64,000 bases of DNA from assembly GCA_016934415.1 (NCBI GenBank), contig JAFGSW010000063.1, forward strand, positions 20,043 through 84,042, written 5' to 3'. This document shows positions 55,735-64,000 of the stretch, piece by piece. Each line of letters starts with the position of its first letter. The first letter of the stretch is position 1. This stretch comes from Spirochaetales bacterium (lineage in GTDB: Bacteria; Spirochaetota; Spirochaetia; SZUA-6; RPPD01). The notes beneath the pieces are model-generated. The model was given only the letters and a program-made list of their open reading frames with translations. It was not told where the DNA came from and ran no database searches. Position numbers and translations under genes: made by a program.

Positions 55735-55898
55735 GGAAACCAGGAAGAAAGAATCCAGGTAAAGGAAAGCAAAAATAGAGAGAACGAACCGAAGTTTTCC
55801 TTTTTCGGTTTGTATCTGTTTTTTTACCGCATGGATTTTCCTTCTCTTATTTTTTCTCATCTCTCTTTCCTGCTTTCCTTTCCTCCTGGCTTCCTCAT
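55731..55898. repeat. MITE-like element copy D (168 bp)
   Basis: Left ATAAGGAAACCAGGAAGAAAGAATCCAGG starts at the MscS stop codon. Right CCTGGCTTCCTCAT. Polypurine / polypyrimidine halves. Confidence 0.6.
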
Positions 55899-55911
55899 AA
55901 ATTCTCTTTCC

Positions 55912-58900
55912 TCAGTAATAATACCCGCCCCACACGGCGCCCGCCTGGGGCAGCTCGACCGGCTTCTTGTCCCAACTCTCCTCCAGGCGGTCGGGGTCGC
56001 GGGTGAGGCGCACCGCCTCCTCGACTTGGACCGAGAGCGCGCCCAGATCGTCCTTGACCGTGCCCACGATGAGGAAGGCCGCCGCCTGCTGGAGCAGGAA
56101 GCGGTGGCGGGCGTAGACCTCGGGGAAGAAGACGGTCTCGAACACGGCGTGCTCGTCCTCGAAGCTCACGAACATCATGGCCGTATTCACCCGGGTGCGC
56201 ACCTCCTTGCCGGTGACGATGGTCCCGGCGATGGCCGCCCGGCGGCCGACGAAGCGCGGCAGGTCGGCCGAGCCGATGAGCGGCAGGCCGGGAAAGCGCC
56301 CGGCGCGCGCGGCGGCCCGCGCGGTAAAGAGGCTCATCGGGTGGCGGGAGGCGACGAGACCGAGGCTCTCCACCTCGGCGCGAAGGCGGGCCTGAGCGGA
56401 GTAATCGGAAACGCAGTCCGGGAGGCGGGGCGGGAAAAAGCCGAAATCGGCCTGCGTTCGCGGAGCACGCTCCCCACGGGCACCCGACCGCGCGTCCAGC
56501 TGGAAGAACAGGAAGAAAAGCTCGGGCCGGGTGCGGCCGTTCGAAACCGAATCGAGCGCCCCGCTCTTGATGAGCACCCGAATCTCCGGGTAGCCCGCCC
56601 CGGTGCGCCGGCAGAAATTGAAGAAGTCGACGAACGGCCCGCGCGCCCGGCGCTCGGAGACGAGCTTTTCCAGAAACGGCCGCTTGACGTCCGCGAGCTG
56701 GAGGAGGCCGATGCGGAGCCCCCCGTTTTCCACCGTGTATTCGAGTCCGCTTGAGTTCACGTCCGGCGGCAGGACGGCGAAACCGCGGCGCCGCACCTCG
56801 TCCAGATAGGTCTGGCGCGTGTAGAAGCCGCCGCCGTTGTTGATGACCGAGGCGAGAAACTCGATCGGGTAATGGAGCTTGAGCCAGGCGAGGCGGTAGG
56901 AGACCTGGGCGTAGGAGGCCGAGTGCGGCTTGCAGAAGGAATAGCCGTCGAAGGAGAGGATCATGTCCCAGACGGCGTCCGCCTCCGCGGCCGTGACGCC
57001 GGCTTTGACCGCGCCCGAGACGAATCGTTCCTTGAACTGCGCCAGCTTCGGGCTCCCGCCCTTTTTGGCCAGTATCTTGCGGAGCATATCGGCGTCCTCG
57101 GTCCCGAAGCCGGCGAGCGCGATGGCCACCCGCGACACGTCCTCCTGGTAGACCATGATGCCGTAGGTGTCCTTGAGGGTGTCGTCGAAGGCGGGGTGGA
57201 GCCTGAGGTAGGGCTTGCCGTGCAGGCGCTTCACGAACTCCTCGATGTACCGGTTGGCGGCCGGCCGGATGATCGAGCTCGCGATGACGAGGTTCTCGAA
57301 ATCGGCCTTCCCCATTTTCCGCAGCAACTGGCGCGTGGCCGGCGACTCGATGTAGAAGATCCCGACCGTGTCCCCCGAGGCGATGAACCGCTCGACGGCC
57401 GGGTCGGCGGTCGGATCGAAGCGCCGCCAGCTCAAGGACTCGCCGCGCCGCTCGTTCACCAGGCGGATGGAATCGCGGAGCACGCCCAGGGAGCGGTTGC
57501 CGAGGAGGTCGATCTTGACGAGGCCCGCCGCTTCGACCGCGTCCTTCTCCCAGGCGATGAGCGGCCAGCCGAGGGCCGACACCTGCACCGGCACGTGGTC
57601 GGTGATCGGGCCGGGGGTGATCACCACCCCGCCCGGGTGCGTGCCGATGGTGCGGGGCACGCCGCGGAGCGTGTCCGCCAGGTCGAGAAGCTCGGCCGGA
57701 ATCCGGTCGCGCTCTCCCGCCAGGCGGAAGCGCACGAGCCGCTTGATCTCAGGCTCGCTCACGCCCAGGGCCTTGGCAGGCTCGCGCAGGGAGGAGCGCG
57801 GCCCGAAGGTGACATGATCGGCCACCATGCCAGCGCGGCCGCGGTAGCGCTCGAACACGTAGCGCAGGGCCTTCTCCCGCTCGTCCCAGGGGAAGTCGAC
57901 GTCGATGTCCGGCGGATCCCTGCGGCCGCGGTTCAGGAAGCGCTCGAAGAAGAGGTTGTGGCGCAGGGGATCGACGTGGGTGATGCCGAGAAGATAGGAG
58001 ACGATGCTCGAGGCCGCGCTCCCCCGCCCGCAGGTGCGCGGGCAGCGGCGGACGATGTCGTGCACCACCAGGAAGTACCCGGCGAAGCCTTTCTCCCCGA
58101 TGATGGAGAGCTCGTAGTCGAGGCGCGAGCGGGCCGGGCCGCGCTCCGCGGCCGGATAGCGGCGATCGAGCCCCGTAAGGCAGCGGGCCCGCAGCCGCGC
58201 GAACTCCTCCTCCGGGGACAGGCCGCAAAAGGCGGGGAACACCGGCCGGTCGGAAAGCACGCCCGCGGCCGACGATTCCTCCACGAGCGAGCGGGTGTTC
58301 CGCACGGCCCCGGGCACGGCGCTGTAAAAGGCGGCGGCCCGCTCCGGCTCGGGGAGGCGCTGCGGGGAGCGCTCTTCCCGCGGCAGGCTGTCAACGTTGA
58401 CCGACAGGTCCACGGCGCGAAGAATCCGGTAGAGCTTCGCGTCCCGCTCGGTCCGAACCGCGCCCTCCACCACGGCCAGGCCCGGCAAGCCGCGCGCCTC
58501 CCCCCAGGCCGCCAGGCGGGCGAAGGGCCGCCCGTAGGCGAGCTTCACGGAGAGGCCCACGGCGCCGCGCGCGCGCAGGGCGTCGAGGAGCCCCGGGTCG
58601 TCCGAGGCGAGGGCGAGACCGTCCCAGCCCTTTTCAAGAAGATCCTCCGTCAGGCGGCGGCGCAGGTCACCGTCGAGCTCGGCCTCGGTGCGGCCGGCGG
58701 CCCGGTCGGGAAAGTACCGGCGCGCGGTCACGTCGGTGAGAATGAGGCTGAGAAGCGCGGAAAGACGTCTGAAACCAGCCGCGTTGCGGACGAAGGCGCT
58801 CGCGAGCGGCCGGCCGCCGGTTTCAAGCGCCGCGCCGACGACGGGCTTGACGCCCCCTTCCCGGCACGCCGAAAGAAAACGCACCAGGCCGTAGAAATTG

Positions 58901-59040
58901 TTGACGTCGGCCAACCCGACTGCCGCCCAGCCGGCCGTGCGCGCGTCGGCCGCGATTTCCTCCGGCGAAAAAACGCCCCTGAGGAGGGAAAAATACGAGT
59001 GCACGCCCAATGGGACGACGAAGCCTTCCTTTTTCTGCAT
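55912..59040 (-). CDS. dnaE2: DNA polymerase III alpha-subunit family protein, short form (DnaE2/ImuC-like error-prone polymerase candidate)
   Basis: N-terminal PHP domain, then polymerase core. About 1040 aa with no C-terminal tau-binding extension. Start is ATG at 59040 (MQKKEGFVVPLGVHSYFSLL) or TTG at 59049. Confidence 0.7.
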   Translation of the reverse strand: MQKKEGFVVPLGVHSYFSLLRGVFSPEEIAADARTAGWAAVGLADVNNFYGLVRFLSACREGGVKPVVGAALETGGRPLASAFVRNAAGFRRLSALLSLILTDVTARRYFPDRAAGRTEAELDGDLRRRLTEDLLEKGWDGLALASDDPGLLDALRARGAVGLSVKLAYGRPFARLAAWGEARGLPGLAVVEGAVRTERDAKLYRILRAVDLSVNVDSLPREERSPQRLPEPERAAAFYSAVPGAVRNTRSLVEESSAAGVLSDRPVFPAFCGLSPEEEFARLRARCLTGLDRRYPAAERGPARSRLDYELSIIGEKGFAGYFLVVHDIVRRCPRTCGRGSAASSIVSYLLGITHVDPLRHNLFFERFLNRGRRDPPDIDVDFPWDEREKALRYVFERYRGRAGMVADHVTFGPRSSLREPAKALGVSEPEIKRLVRFRLAGERDRIPAELLDLADTLRGVPRTIGTHPGGVVITPGPITDHVPVQVSALGWPLIAWEKDAVEAAGLVKIDLLGNRSLGVLRDSIRLVNERRGESLSWRRFDPTADPAVERFIASGDTVGIFYIESPATRQLLRKMGKADFENLVIASSIIRPAANRYIEEFVKRLHGKPYLRLHPAFDDTLKDTYGIMVYQEDVSRVAIALAGFGTEDADMLRKILAKKGGSPKLAQFKERFVSGAVKAGVTAAEADAVWDMILSFDGYSFCKPHSASYAQVSYRLAWLKLHYPIEFLASVINNGGGFYTRQTYLDEVRRRGFAVLPPDVNSSGLEYTVENGGLRIGLLQLADVKRPFLEKLVSERRARGPFVDFFNFCRRTGAGYPEIRVLIKSGALDSVSNGRTRPELFFLFFQLDARSGARGERAPRTQADFGFFPPRLPDCVSDYSAQARLRAEVESLGLVASRHPMSLFTARAAARAGRFPGLPLIGSADLPRFVGRRAAIAGTIVTGKEVRTRVNTAMMFVSFEDEHAVFETVFFPEVYARHRFLLQQAAAFLIVGTVKDDLGALSVQVEEAVRLTRDPDRLEESWDKKPVELPQAGAVWGGYYY

Positions 59041-59060
59041 ACTATACAAATGTATAGTAT
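59039..59060. promoter_or_regulatory. Perfect 10-2-10 palindrome overlapping the polymerase start codon (candidate repressor operator)
   Basis: ATACTATACA-AA-TGTATAGTAT. Lies in the divergent region between dnaE2-like (-) and a membrane protein gene (+). Confidence 0.5.
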
Positions 59061-59154
59061 TTCAGGGCGATATGCAACCGGCGGCGGGGAAGTCTTGACG
59101 CGACCCTGCAAAGCCTTTACTCTCGAATTGATCCTATGCGCGCGGGGGGCCTTC

Positions 59155-59835
59155 ATGGATATTCTTGTAATATTAATCGAAGTCTTCATCGGCGGCGGCT
59201 TGCTCGTCATCGTCCTGGCGCCGGCGTTCAGGCTCTTCAAGAAAGCCGGCGGCAGCCAATGGCCGGCGCTCGTCCCCGGGCTCAATGTCTGGAAGTTTGC
59301 GGGCTTCGGCGGCCGACGGAGCGTCCGCCTGATCGGCTTCGCATCGTTCATCGCCTTTCCCGCTTTTATCGTCCTCTACGACCTCATCATGTTCCAAGGT
59401 GAATCGCCCGCAGTGACCTCGATCGTGCTTGAAATCGTCTTCGCGCTCCTGATCGCCATGTACGTCTTTCCATTCCCCATGCTTTCCACGACCATGGCGA
59501 TGGCCGCGACGGTCTTCCTCGCCATCGCCTATCCCGGGCCCGGCGAGGCGGCTTTGCCCTTGACGATCATTTTCGTCTGCCTGGCCGCCCTGCAGGCGGT
59601 GTGGGATTATCTCGGCTGGCGGTCGATCCTGAAGCGCATGAGCCGTCCCGCCTGGCAGGCCGTGTTCCTGTTCCTGCCGGTAGCCGCCGCGCTCTGCCTG
59701 GCCGTAGCGAGCCTTCTCGCGGGGCCTCTCGGTCCGGCCGTGATCCTGGGAGTCTTCCTCCCCGCGCTTTTCACGGGGTTTGTGTATTATTATTACATCG
59801 GTTATTCCGCCAAGGTCCGATATCGGGCCGATTAG
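59155..59835 (+). CDS. Hypothetical polytopic membrane protein
   Basis: 226 aa starting MDILVILIEVFIGGGLLVIV after a GGGGGG ribosome-binding site. It is the 3' part of a long spurious track ORF running antisense to dnaE2. Confidence 0.6.
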   Translation: MDILVILIEVFIGGGLLVIVLAPAFRLFKKAGGSQWPALVPGLNVWKFAGFGGRRSVRLIGFASFIAFPAFIVLYDLIMFQGESPAVTSIVLEIVFALLIAMYVFPFPMLSTTMAMAATVFLAIAYPGPGEAALPLTIIFVCLAALQAVWDYLGWRSILKRMSRPAWQAVFLFLPVAAALCLAVASLLAGPLGPAVILGVFLPALFTGFVYYYYIGYSAKVRYRAD

Positions 59836-60023
59836 AGGAATATATTCTGCAAAAATCGATGTGATGGTCGCTCATCTTCGGACTCGGAGTGATTATGTCA
59901 TGGTGAGTTTGTCGAACAATGACAGACACGTGAAGCGTCACTCGTCCGTCACCTTTCGACAGGCTCAAGGTGACCAATTCGCTTAAGGCTAACGAAACGC
60001 GAAAGACTGCTATATCCACCGAT

Positions 60024-60299
60024 TCATTTCGGCGAGCTCACTTTTGAGAAGACCCAGAGCAGGAAGAAGGCCGTGCCGAGCGCCAAAAACACATTGACGC
60101 CGTTGAAGTTTGACAAAAACTTGATGACGTTTTCACCGAAAAGGTAATTGACCACGAAGCTCAGGAACGATCCAACCAGTCCCACGATGAGCGCGCCGAT
60201 GAATTTGCCGAGAAGCTGCTTGCGCAGAATGAAGTGATAATAGAGGGCCGCCGCCATCCCGATCGTCGTGTAGGTGAGAAAGATGTTGATCGTGCTCAT
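60024..60299 (-). CDS. Transglycosylase-associated (GlsB/YeaQ/YmgE family) small membrane protein
   Basis: Start MSTINIFLTYTTIGMAAALYY.... Glycine-zipper transmembrane pattern (GALIVGLVGSFLSFVVNYLFG). Confidence 0.6.
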   Translation of the reverse strand: MSTINIFLTYTTIGMAAALYYHFILRKQLLGKFIGALIVGLVGSFLSFVVNYLFGENVIKFLSNFNGVNVFLALGTAFFLLWVFSKVSSPK

Positions 60300-60359
60300 T
60301 GAATGACCTTTCGGAAAAATTTCAAATTCTGTTTTCAGTGAAAGGCGGAGCAATTATGG

Positions 60360-61118
60360 CTACTCTGTATCCTCATCCCAACAATAGAACGAAACGTTGA
60401 CAATGCCTCCTGCCAGAGAGCTCCTCACATAACTGCCAGTATCAATATTATATCCGTACGCATATATATAAATTAAAATAACCGCTGGTAGTGCAGCTTC
60501 GTTCAATACACCGGCTAAAGGTATGCCGGGATAGTAAATGTCGTTGTCGCCATTCCAAAATGCATTAAAACGCTTAAAATGCTGATAATCCGATGAACTT
60601 TGAGGAGCATTGCTATGAAGCGCCCGCCGTAGATTTACAGTGACGGGGGTGCCCACTGGATATTCGTAAGACGCGGTCGCCTCTTCCATGCCTAATCCAT
60701 GAGCAGTTAATTTATTAAAGTCCAAGGTGACGGTTACTTTGTCACCTGAAGCGGGAATGAGCTTAACAAGTGGAGCAGGGGCCGTAGCAGACGCTGGTTC
60801 CCATACATCACTAGAAAGGTACATTCTTTGAAATTGATGACTAGATAGTTCGTTTGCGTCAGCAAGGCTAATATCGGCACTTAGCGTGCTTGCTGAATCG
60901 GCCGCTTTATAATAAAGCTCATACCCCAAGAAAAAACTATTGGTTCCGACCCCCCCGCTATAATTATTATCCCCAGTAGTAAAAACAAATTTACCGATTG
61001 AAGGAACTGTCACCGTGGGAGCGTCCCATGGCGTAATCGACCTTTCCAACCCGCACTGCGCCAGAAGCAGGCAGGCGGCGGCGGAAAGGATCAGGAGGGG
61101 GATTTTTCTACGCATCAA
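60360..61118 (-). CDS. Hypothetical lipoprotein encoded in a lower-GC segment
   Basis: Signal plus lipobox LLAQCG. 252 aa. The 3' half of the gene is noticeably AT-richer than the surrounding DNA. Confidence 0.6.
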   Translation of the reverse strand: MMRRKIPLLILSAAACLLLAQCGLERSITPWDAPTVTVPSIGKFVFTTGDNNYSGGVGTNSFFLGYELYYKAADSASTLSADISLADANELSSHQFQRMYLSSDVWEPASATAPAPLVKLIPASGDKVTVTLDFNKLTAHGLGMEEATASYEYPVGTPVTVNLRRALHSNAPQSSSDYQHFKRFNAFWNGDNDIYYPGIPLAGVLNEAALPAVILIYIYAYGYNIDTGSYVRSSLAGGIVNVSFYCWDEDTE

Positions 61119-61124
61119 GGTGTA

Positions 61125-63521
61125 CTATACCGCGGCCGGCTTGGGTGGTTCAAGGCCGTCCTTGACGTCCAAAAGCTCGTAGATGAGCACGGGCTTATTC
61201 TTGCCCTTCACCCTAATATTGTCGAGCTCGCGGACCACCACCCGGTCCTTGACGAGGCCGTAGGTGTACTCGCTCAAGATGATGGTGGTGCCGTAGGACT
61301 TGTTCGTGCCCTCGAGGCGCGCCCCCAGGTTGCAGTTGTCCCCCATGAGTGTGTAATTCATGCGCCCCGGCGAGCCCATGTTGCCGACCGTCATGATGCC
61401 CGAATTGATGCCGATGCCGATGTTGATCCGCTTCTCCGGCGGCCAGTTCCGGTTGAGCTCGTTCAGGACCTCGATCTGCCTGAGCGCGCACTGGCAGGCG
61501 AGTATGGCGTGTTCCTTCTGCGGCAGCGGCGCCCCCCAGAAGCACATGATCTCGTCTCCGACGTACTTGTCCAAGGTGCCGTAATATTTGAAGATGACGT
61601 CGGTCATCTCCGTCAGGTAGACGTTCAGGTGGTTGACGAGCGCCTGGGGCGTGAGGGTTTCCGAGAGGGTGGTGAATCCCCGGATGTCGGAGAAGAGCAC
61701 CGTGATCTCCTTGTCCACGCCGCCGAGCTCGGGCGGATTCAGGAGGATCTGCTCCACGACCTGCGCGTTTACGTACTTGGCGAACATGCCTTTAATCCGC
61801 CGTTTGTCCTGCTCCTCGAAGATGATCCGGTAGGCGACGATGAAGAGGAACGTGAAGAAAATGCCGATCGCGGGCTCTGAAAAATTGAGGATGATGTTGT
61901 TGAAATCAAAGAGGAAATTGACCGCGATAAAATACACCGCCACGAACCACACCGTCATGAACAGCGAGAGGAGGGACGGAAGGCGCGAGCTCACGAAGGC
62001 GGTCAGGAGCACGGCCGCCAGGACGATCGCCAGAGTGAGCCAGACCGGCGGCTGGGTGAGAAAATTGTCCATGATGATGGTATTGACGGCATTGGCGTGC
62101 ACCTCTCCGCCGTACATGAGGCCCAATGGCGTGCTTTTTTCGTCCTCGGCCATTCCCGTGGTGTAGGCGCAGGCGATGACGATTTTATTGGCGTAGCCGC
62201 GCGAGATGGGGCGCCGGGCGGGCGGCGCGTCCTCCTTCGGGATGACTGCGGGATTGGCGAACTGCCAGTATGAAGACACCCAATAGGTCTTGGAAACGTC
62301 CGAGCTCGGTCCCATGAAATTGATCAGCATCGCCCCTTCCGCGTCGACCGGAATCCTGATTTCTTTCACGATTTTGCCGTCGCGCATGAGCGACTGCCAG
62401 CCGCCGGACGGATTGAGCATGTCGTCGTCGTCGATTACGTAGATCTCCGGGTCGGGAATCCGAACGTACTCTCCGTACTTGATCTCCACGTCGGAGATTT
62501 TTTTATGGTAGTATTCAAGCGCCAGCGAGAGCGAAATGGCGGGGACGAAGTAATCACCGAACAATCTGATGGAGTACGCTTCCCCCTTGTTGCGCAGGGC
62601 TTCATCCGAAAGCAGCCGCCCGAGCCGGGCCATGGCCGCCGGATCGCCGAGGGTCGTCTCGTCGATCCGACGGAATTTTTCGGTCTTGTCCTTCCAGGCC
62701 AGCCATTCGAAATTTTCCCGGTTGACCGAAAACGTCTTCAGCGCGGCGCCCAGATCGTCCGTTTTGACGGGGATGTCCTTTTCCGTGATGAGCCGGGAAC
62801 AGCGGGCGACCAGCGCGACCCGGCGGAACGTCTGGTCGCTGTCATGCTCGAGAATGGCGTGTCCGTAGCCCTCCGTGTTTTTGCCGAATTGCTCGAGCGG
62901 GGGCACTTGCGAAAAATACGGGCGCACGTTCCACCAGGCGCCGCTCACCTTGACCACCGTCCCGTGTTTCCGATAGAGGACCTCCTGGTCGCTTTCCCTT
63001 CTGGCGGTGGTGGCCTCGTCCACGCGGGCGTCATACCAGGCGGATTGGGGGATGGTTTCCAGGAAGACCCGGCCGTTCTCGGCCATGGCGTCCCTGAGGG
63101 CGTCGTCCTCCTTGGCGACGGTGGGTTCATTGTAGAAAAAATCGACAAGGAGGGCCCGTTCCCGGTTCACCGGAGTGCGGAGGCGGGCGGTCGATTCCAT
63201 GAGCCGGGCTTGCACGCTCCGCCGCCATGGCCAGCGTCCGAGTTGATCGAGCGCCGTCTGGTCCACGCCGATGATGGCGATGTCCTGAGAGACCTTGGCT
63301 TCCCTGGTCGTCGCGTAGGACACGCCCTCCTCTTCCGAGACCGCCGCCGATGTCACCTTAAGATTGAAATTCTGATCGAGCATTCCCAACTCGATCGCAT
63401 TGAACAGGGGGAATTTCGTCCCCACGGATAAGAGAGCTATCAGGACGAACACGGCCAGGGCGATGAGAAGGCTCATGTATCGAATTTCGAACAGCTTCGG
63501 ACGTTTCCCTTTCTTCGTCAT
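61125..63521 (-). CDS. CHASE2 sensor-domain class III adenylate/guanylate cyclase
   Basis: N-terminal transmembrane plus CHASE2 region. C-terminal cyclase domain (VLFSDIRGFTTLSE ... YVGDEIMCFWGAP ... GIGINSGIMTVGNMGS). Three transmembrane helices before the catalytic domain. Confidence 0.85.
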   Translation of the reverse strand: MTKKGKRPKLFEIRYMSLLIALAVFVLIALLSVGTKFPLFNAIELGMLDQNFNLKVTSAAVSEEEGVSYATTREAKVSQDIAIIGVDQTALDQLGRWPWRRSVQARLMESTARLRTPVNRERALLVDFFYNEPTVAKEDDALRDAMAENGRVFLETIPQSAWYDARVDEATTARRESDQEVLYRKHGTVVKVSGAWWNVRPYFSQVPPLEQFGKNTEGYGHAILEHDSDQTFRRVALVARCSRLITEKDIPVKTDDLGAALKTFSVNRENFEWLAWKDKTEKFRRIDETTLGDPAAMARLGRLLSDEALRNKGEAYSIRLFGDYFVPAISLSLALEYYHKKISDVEIKYGEYVRIPDPEIYVIDDDDMLNPSGGWQSLMRDGKIVKEIRIPVDAEGAMLINFMGPSSDVSKTYWVSSYWQFANPAVIPKEDAPPARRPISRGYANKIVIACAYTTGMAEDEKSTPLGLMYGGEVHANAVNTIIMDNFLTQPPVWLTLAIVLAAVLLTAFVSSRLPSLLSLFMTVWFVAVYFIAVNFLFDFNNIILNFSEPAIGIFFTFLFIVAYRIIFEEQDKRRIKGMFAKYVNAQVVEQILLNPPELGGVDKEITVLFSDIRGFTTLSETLTPQALVNHLNVYLTEMTDVIFKYYGTLDKYVGDEIMCFWGAPLPQKEHAILACQCALRQIEVLNELNRNWPPEKRINIGIGINSGIMTVGNMGSPGRMNYTLMGDNCNLGARLEGTNKSYGTTIILSEYTYGLVKDRVVVRELDNIRVKGKNKPVLIYELLDVKDGLEPPKPAAV

Positions 63522-63556
63522 GAGAACACTCCCCCCTTCGCCGTTCGCCGGCGCGC

Positions 63557-64000
63557 TTAATTCTTCACCAGGCCTTCCGCCTCCATGGCTATCTTACGGT
63601 TGACGGCGATTTTCGTCCAGAGACTCGTTCCGTAATCGCTTTCCAGCCGGCCGTAAAGGTCGTAGGCTCCCTGGGCGTCGCCCTTGGCCTCGAGCAGGAA
63701 CCCCATGTTGACGAGGGCTTGCGGCGTGTAGAGGCTCTTCGGGAATCGGTCGACGAGGTTCTGGAATACGGCGAACGCCACCTCATCGATTTTCTCCGGC
63801 TTGGCCGTGCCGAGCGCCTTCCGCGGAACGATTTTCATCAATTCGTCGAGTCCGACGGCGGAACCTTCCCCGGACGCGGCCGGGGCCAGGTTGTCCAGGT
63901 TCTGGACGATGGTTCCCAGCTTGGTGAGGGCGAGAGGGACGAGGACGTTGTCGCCCGCAGTATCGACGACCCGCGACAGGTCGCGCAGGATCGACACCGT
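63557..64000 (-). CDS. TPR-repeat protein (YbgF-like), 3' part only; the gene continues past the window end
   Basis: C-terminal TPR-like repeats (...ALVNMGFLLEAKGDAQGAYDLYGRLESDYG...). The frame is open to the window edge. Confidence 0.6.
   Translation of the reverse strand, partial: TVSILRDLSRVVDTAGDNVLVPLALTKLGTIVQNLDNLAPAASGEGSAVGLDELMKIVPRKALGTAKPEKIDEVAFAVFQNLVDRFPKSLYTPQALVNMGFLLEAKGDAQGAYDLYGRLESDYGTSLWTKIAVNRKIAMEAEGLVKN

Noticed and set aside
19538-55898. Whether the repeated TAAGGAAACCAGGAA elements could be a CRISPR array
   Set aside because: Copies are tens of kb apart, not regularly spaced, and arranged as inverted pairs flanking AT-rich cores. No cas genes are present in the window.
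56872-59835. 987-aa ORF on the plus strand
   Set aside because: It runs antisense to the dnaE2-like gene and has a low-complexity Arg/Gly/Ala-rich composition. Only its last 226 aa (from MDILVILIEV at 59155) look like a genuine membrane protein.

Overview
This is a high-GC (about 60%) bacterial chromosomal window, gene-dense, with many ATGA-type overlaps between adjacent genes. It looks like an anaerobic, fermentative diderm lineage (possibly Spirochaetes-like, but the phylum is not resolvable from the sequence alone).

Main content, left to right:
- The C-terminal end of an EAL-domain protein.
- An Opp/Dpp-type peptide ABC importer (one binding protein, two permeases, two ATPases) followed by a tandem pair of secreted M16 zinc peptidases (one active with an HxxEH motif, one apparently inactive partner) and a tandem cNMP-binding protein.
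- lepB, rpmB, a DUF4342 protein, a long-form class II (B12-dependent) ribonucleotide reductase nrdJ, hisC and a GH57 glycoside hydrolase.
- An rnfC-D-G-E-A operon with no rnfB in the window, headed by a YuiD-like PAP2 protein and a 585-aa basic-tailed membrane protein of unknown function.
- mlaE-F-D lipid-transport genes behind a near-consensus sigma70 promoter, an RluA-family pseudouridine synthase, an unusual P-loop/Asp23-like fusion protein, a TPR lipoprotein, hisS, a DUF167 protein and a stand-alone EF-G paralog.
- A complete [NiFe] hydrogenase locus on the minus strand: four hydBGDA-type structural genes (group 3b, sulfhydrogenase-like), a maturation endopeptidase and hypA, hypB, hypF, hypC, hypD and hypE. 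A GHKL-ATPase/PilZ fusion gene sits between hypD and hypE.
- An orphan TRAP solute-binding protein, a papain-like lipoprotein next to a short YD-repeat secreted protein, an HD hydrolase and an MscS channel.
- An orphan DnaE2/ImuC-like error-prone polymerase whose start codon is overlapped by a perfect 10-2-10 palindrome.
- A lower-GC islet carrying a lipoprotein and a small transglycosylase-associated protein, a CHASE2 adenylate cyclase, and a partial TPR gene at the right edge.

The most unusual non-coding signal is a family of intergenic inverted-repeat (MITE-like) elements. They have purine-rich / pyrimidine-rich arms built around a TAAGGAAACCAGGAA core. There are at least six copies plus one large related palindrome.

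No rRNA, tRNA, CRISPR array or IS transposase was recognised.
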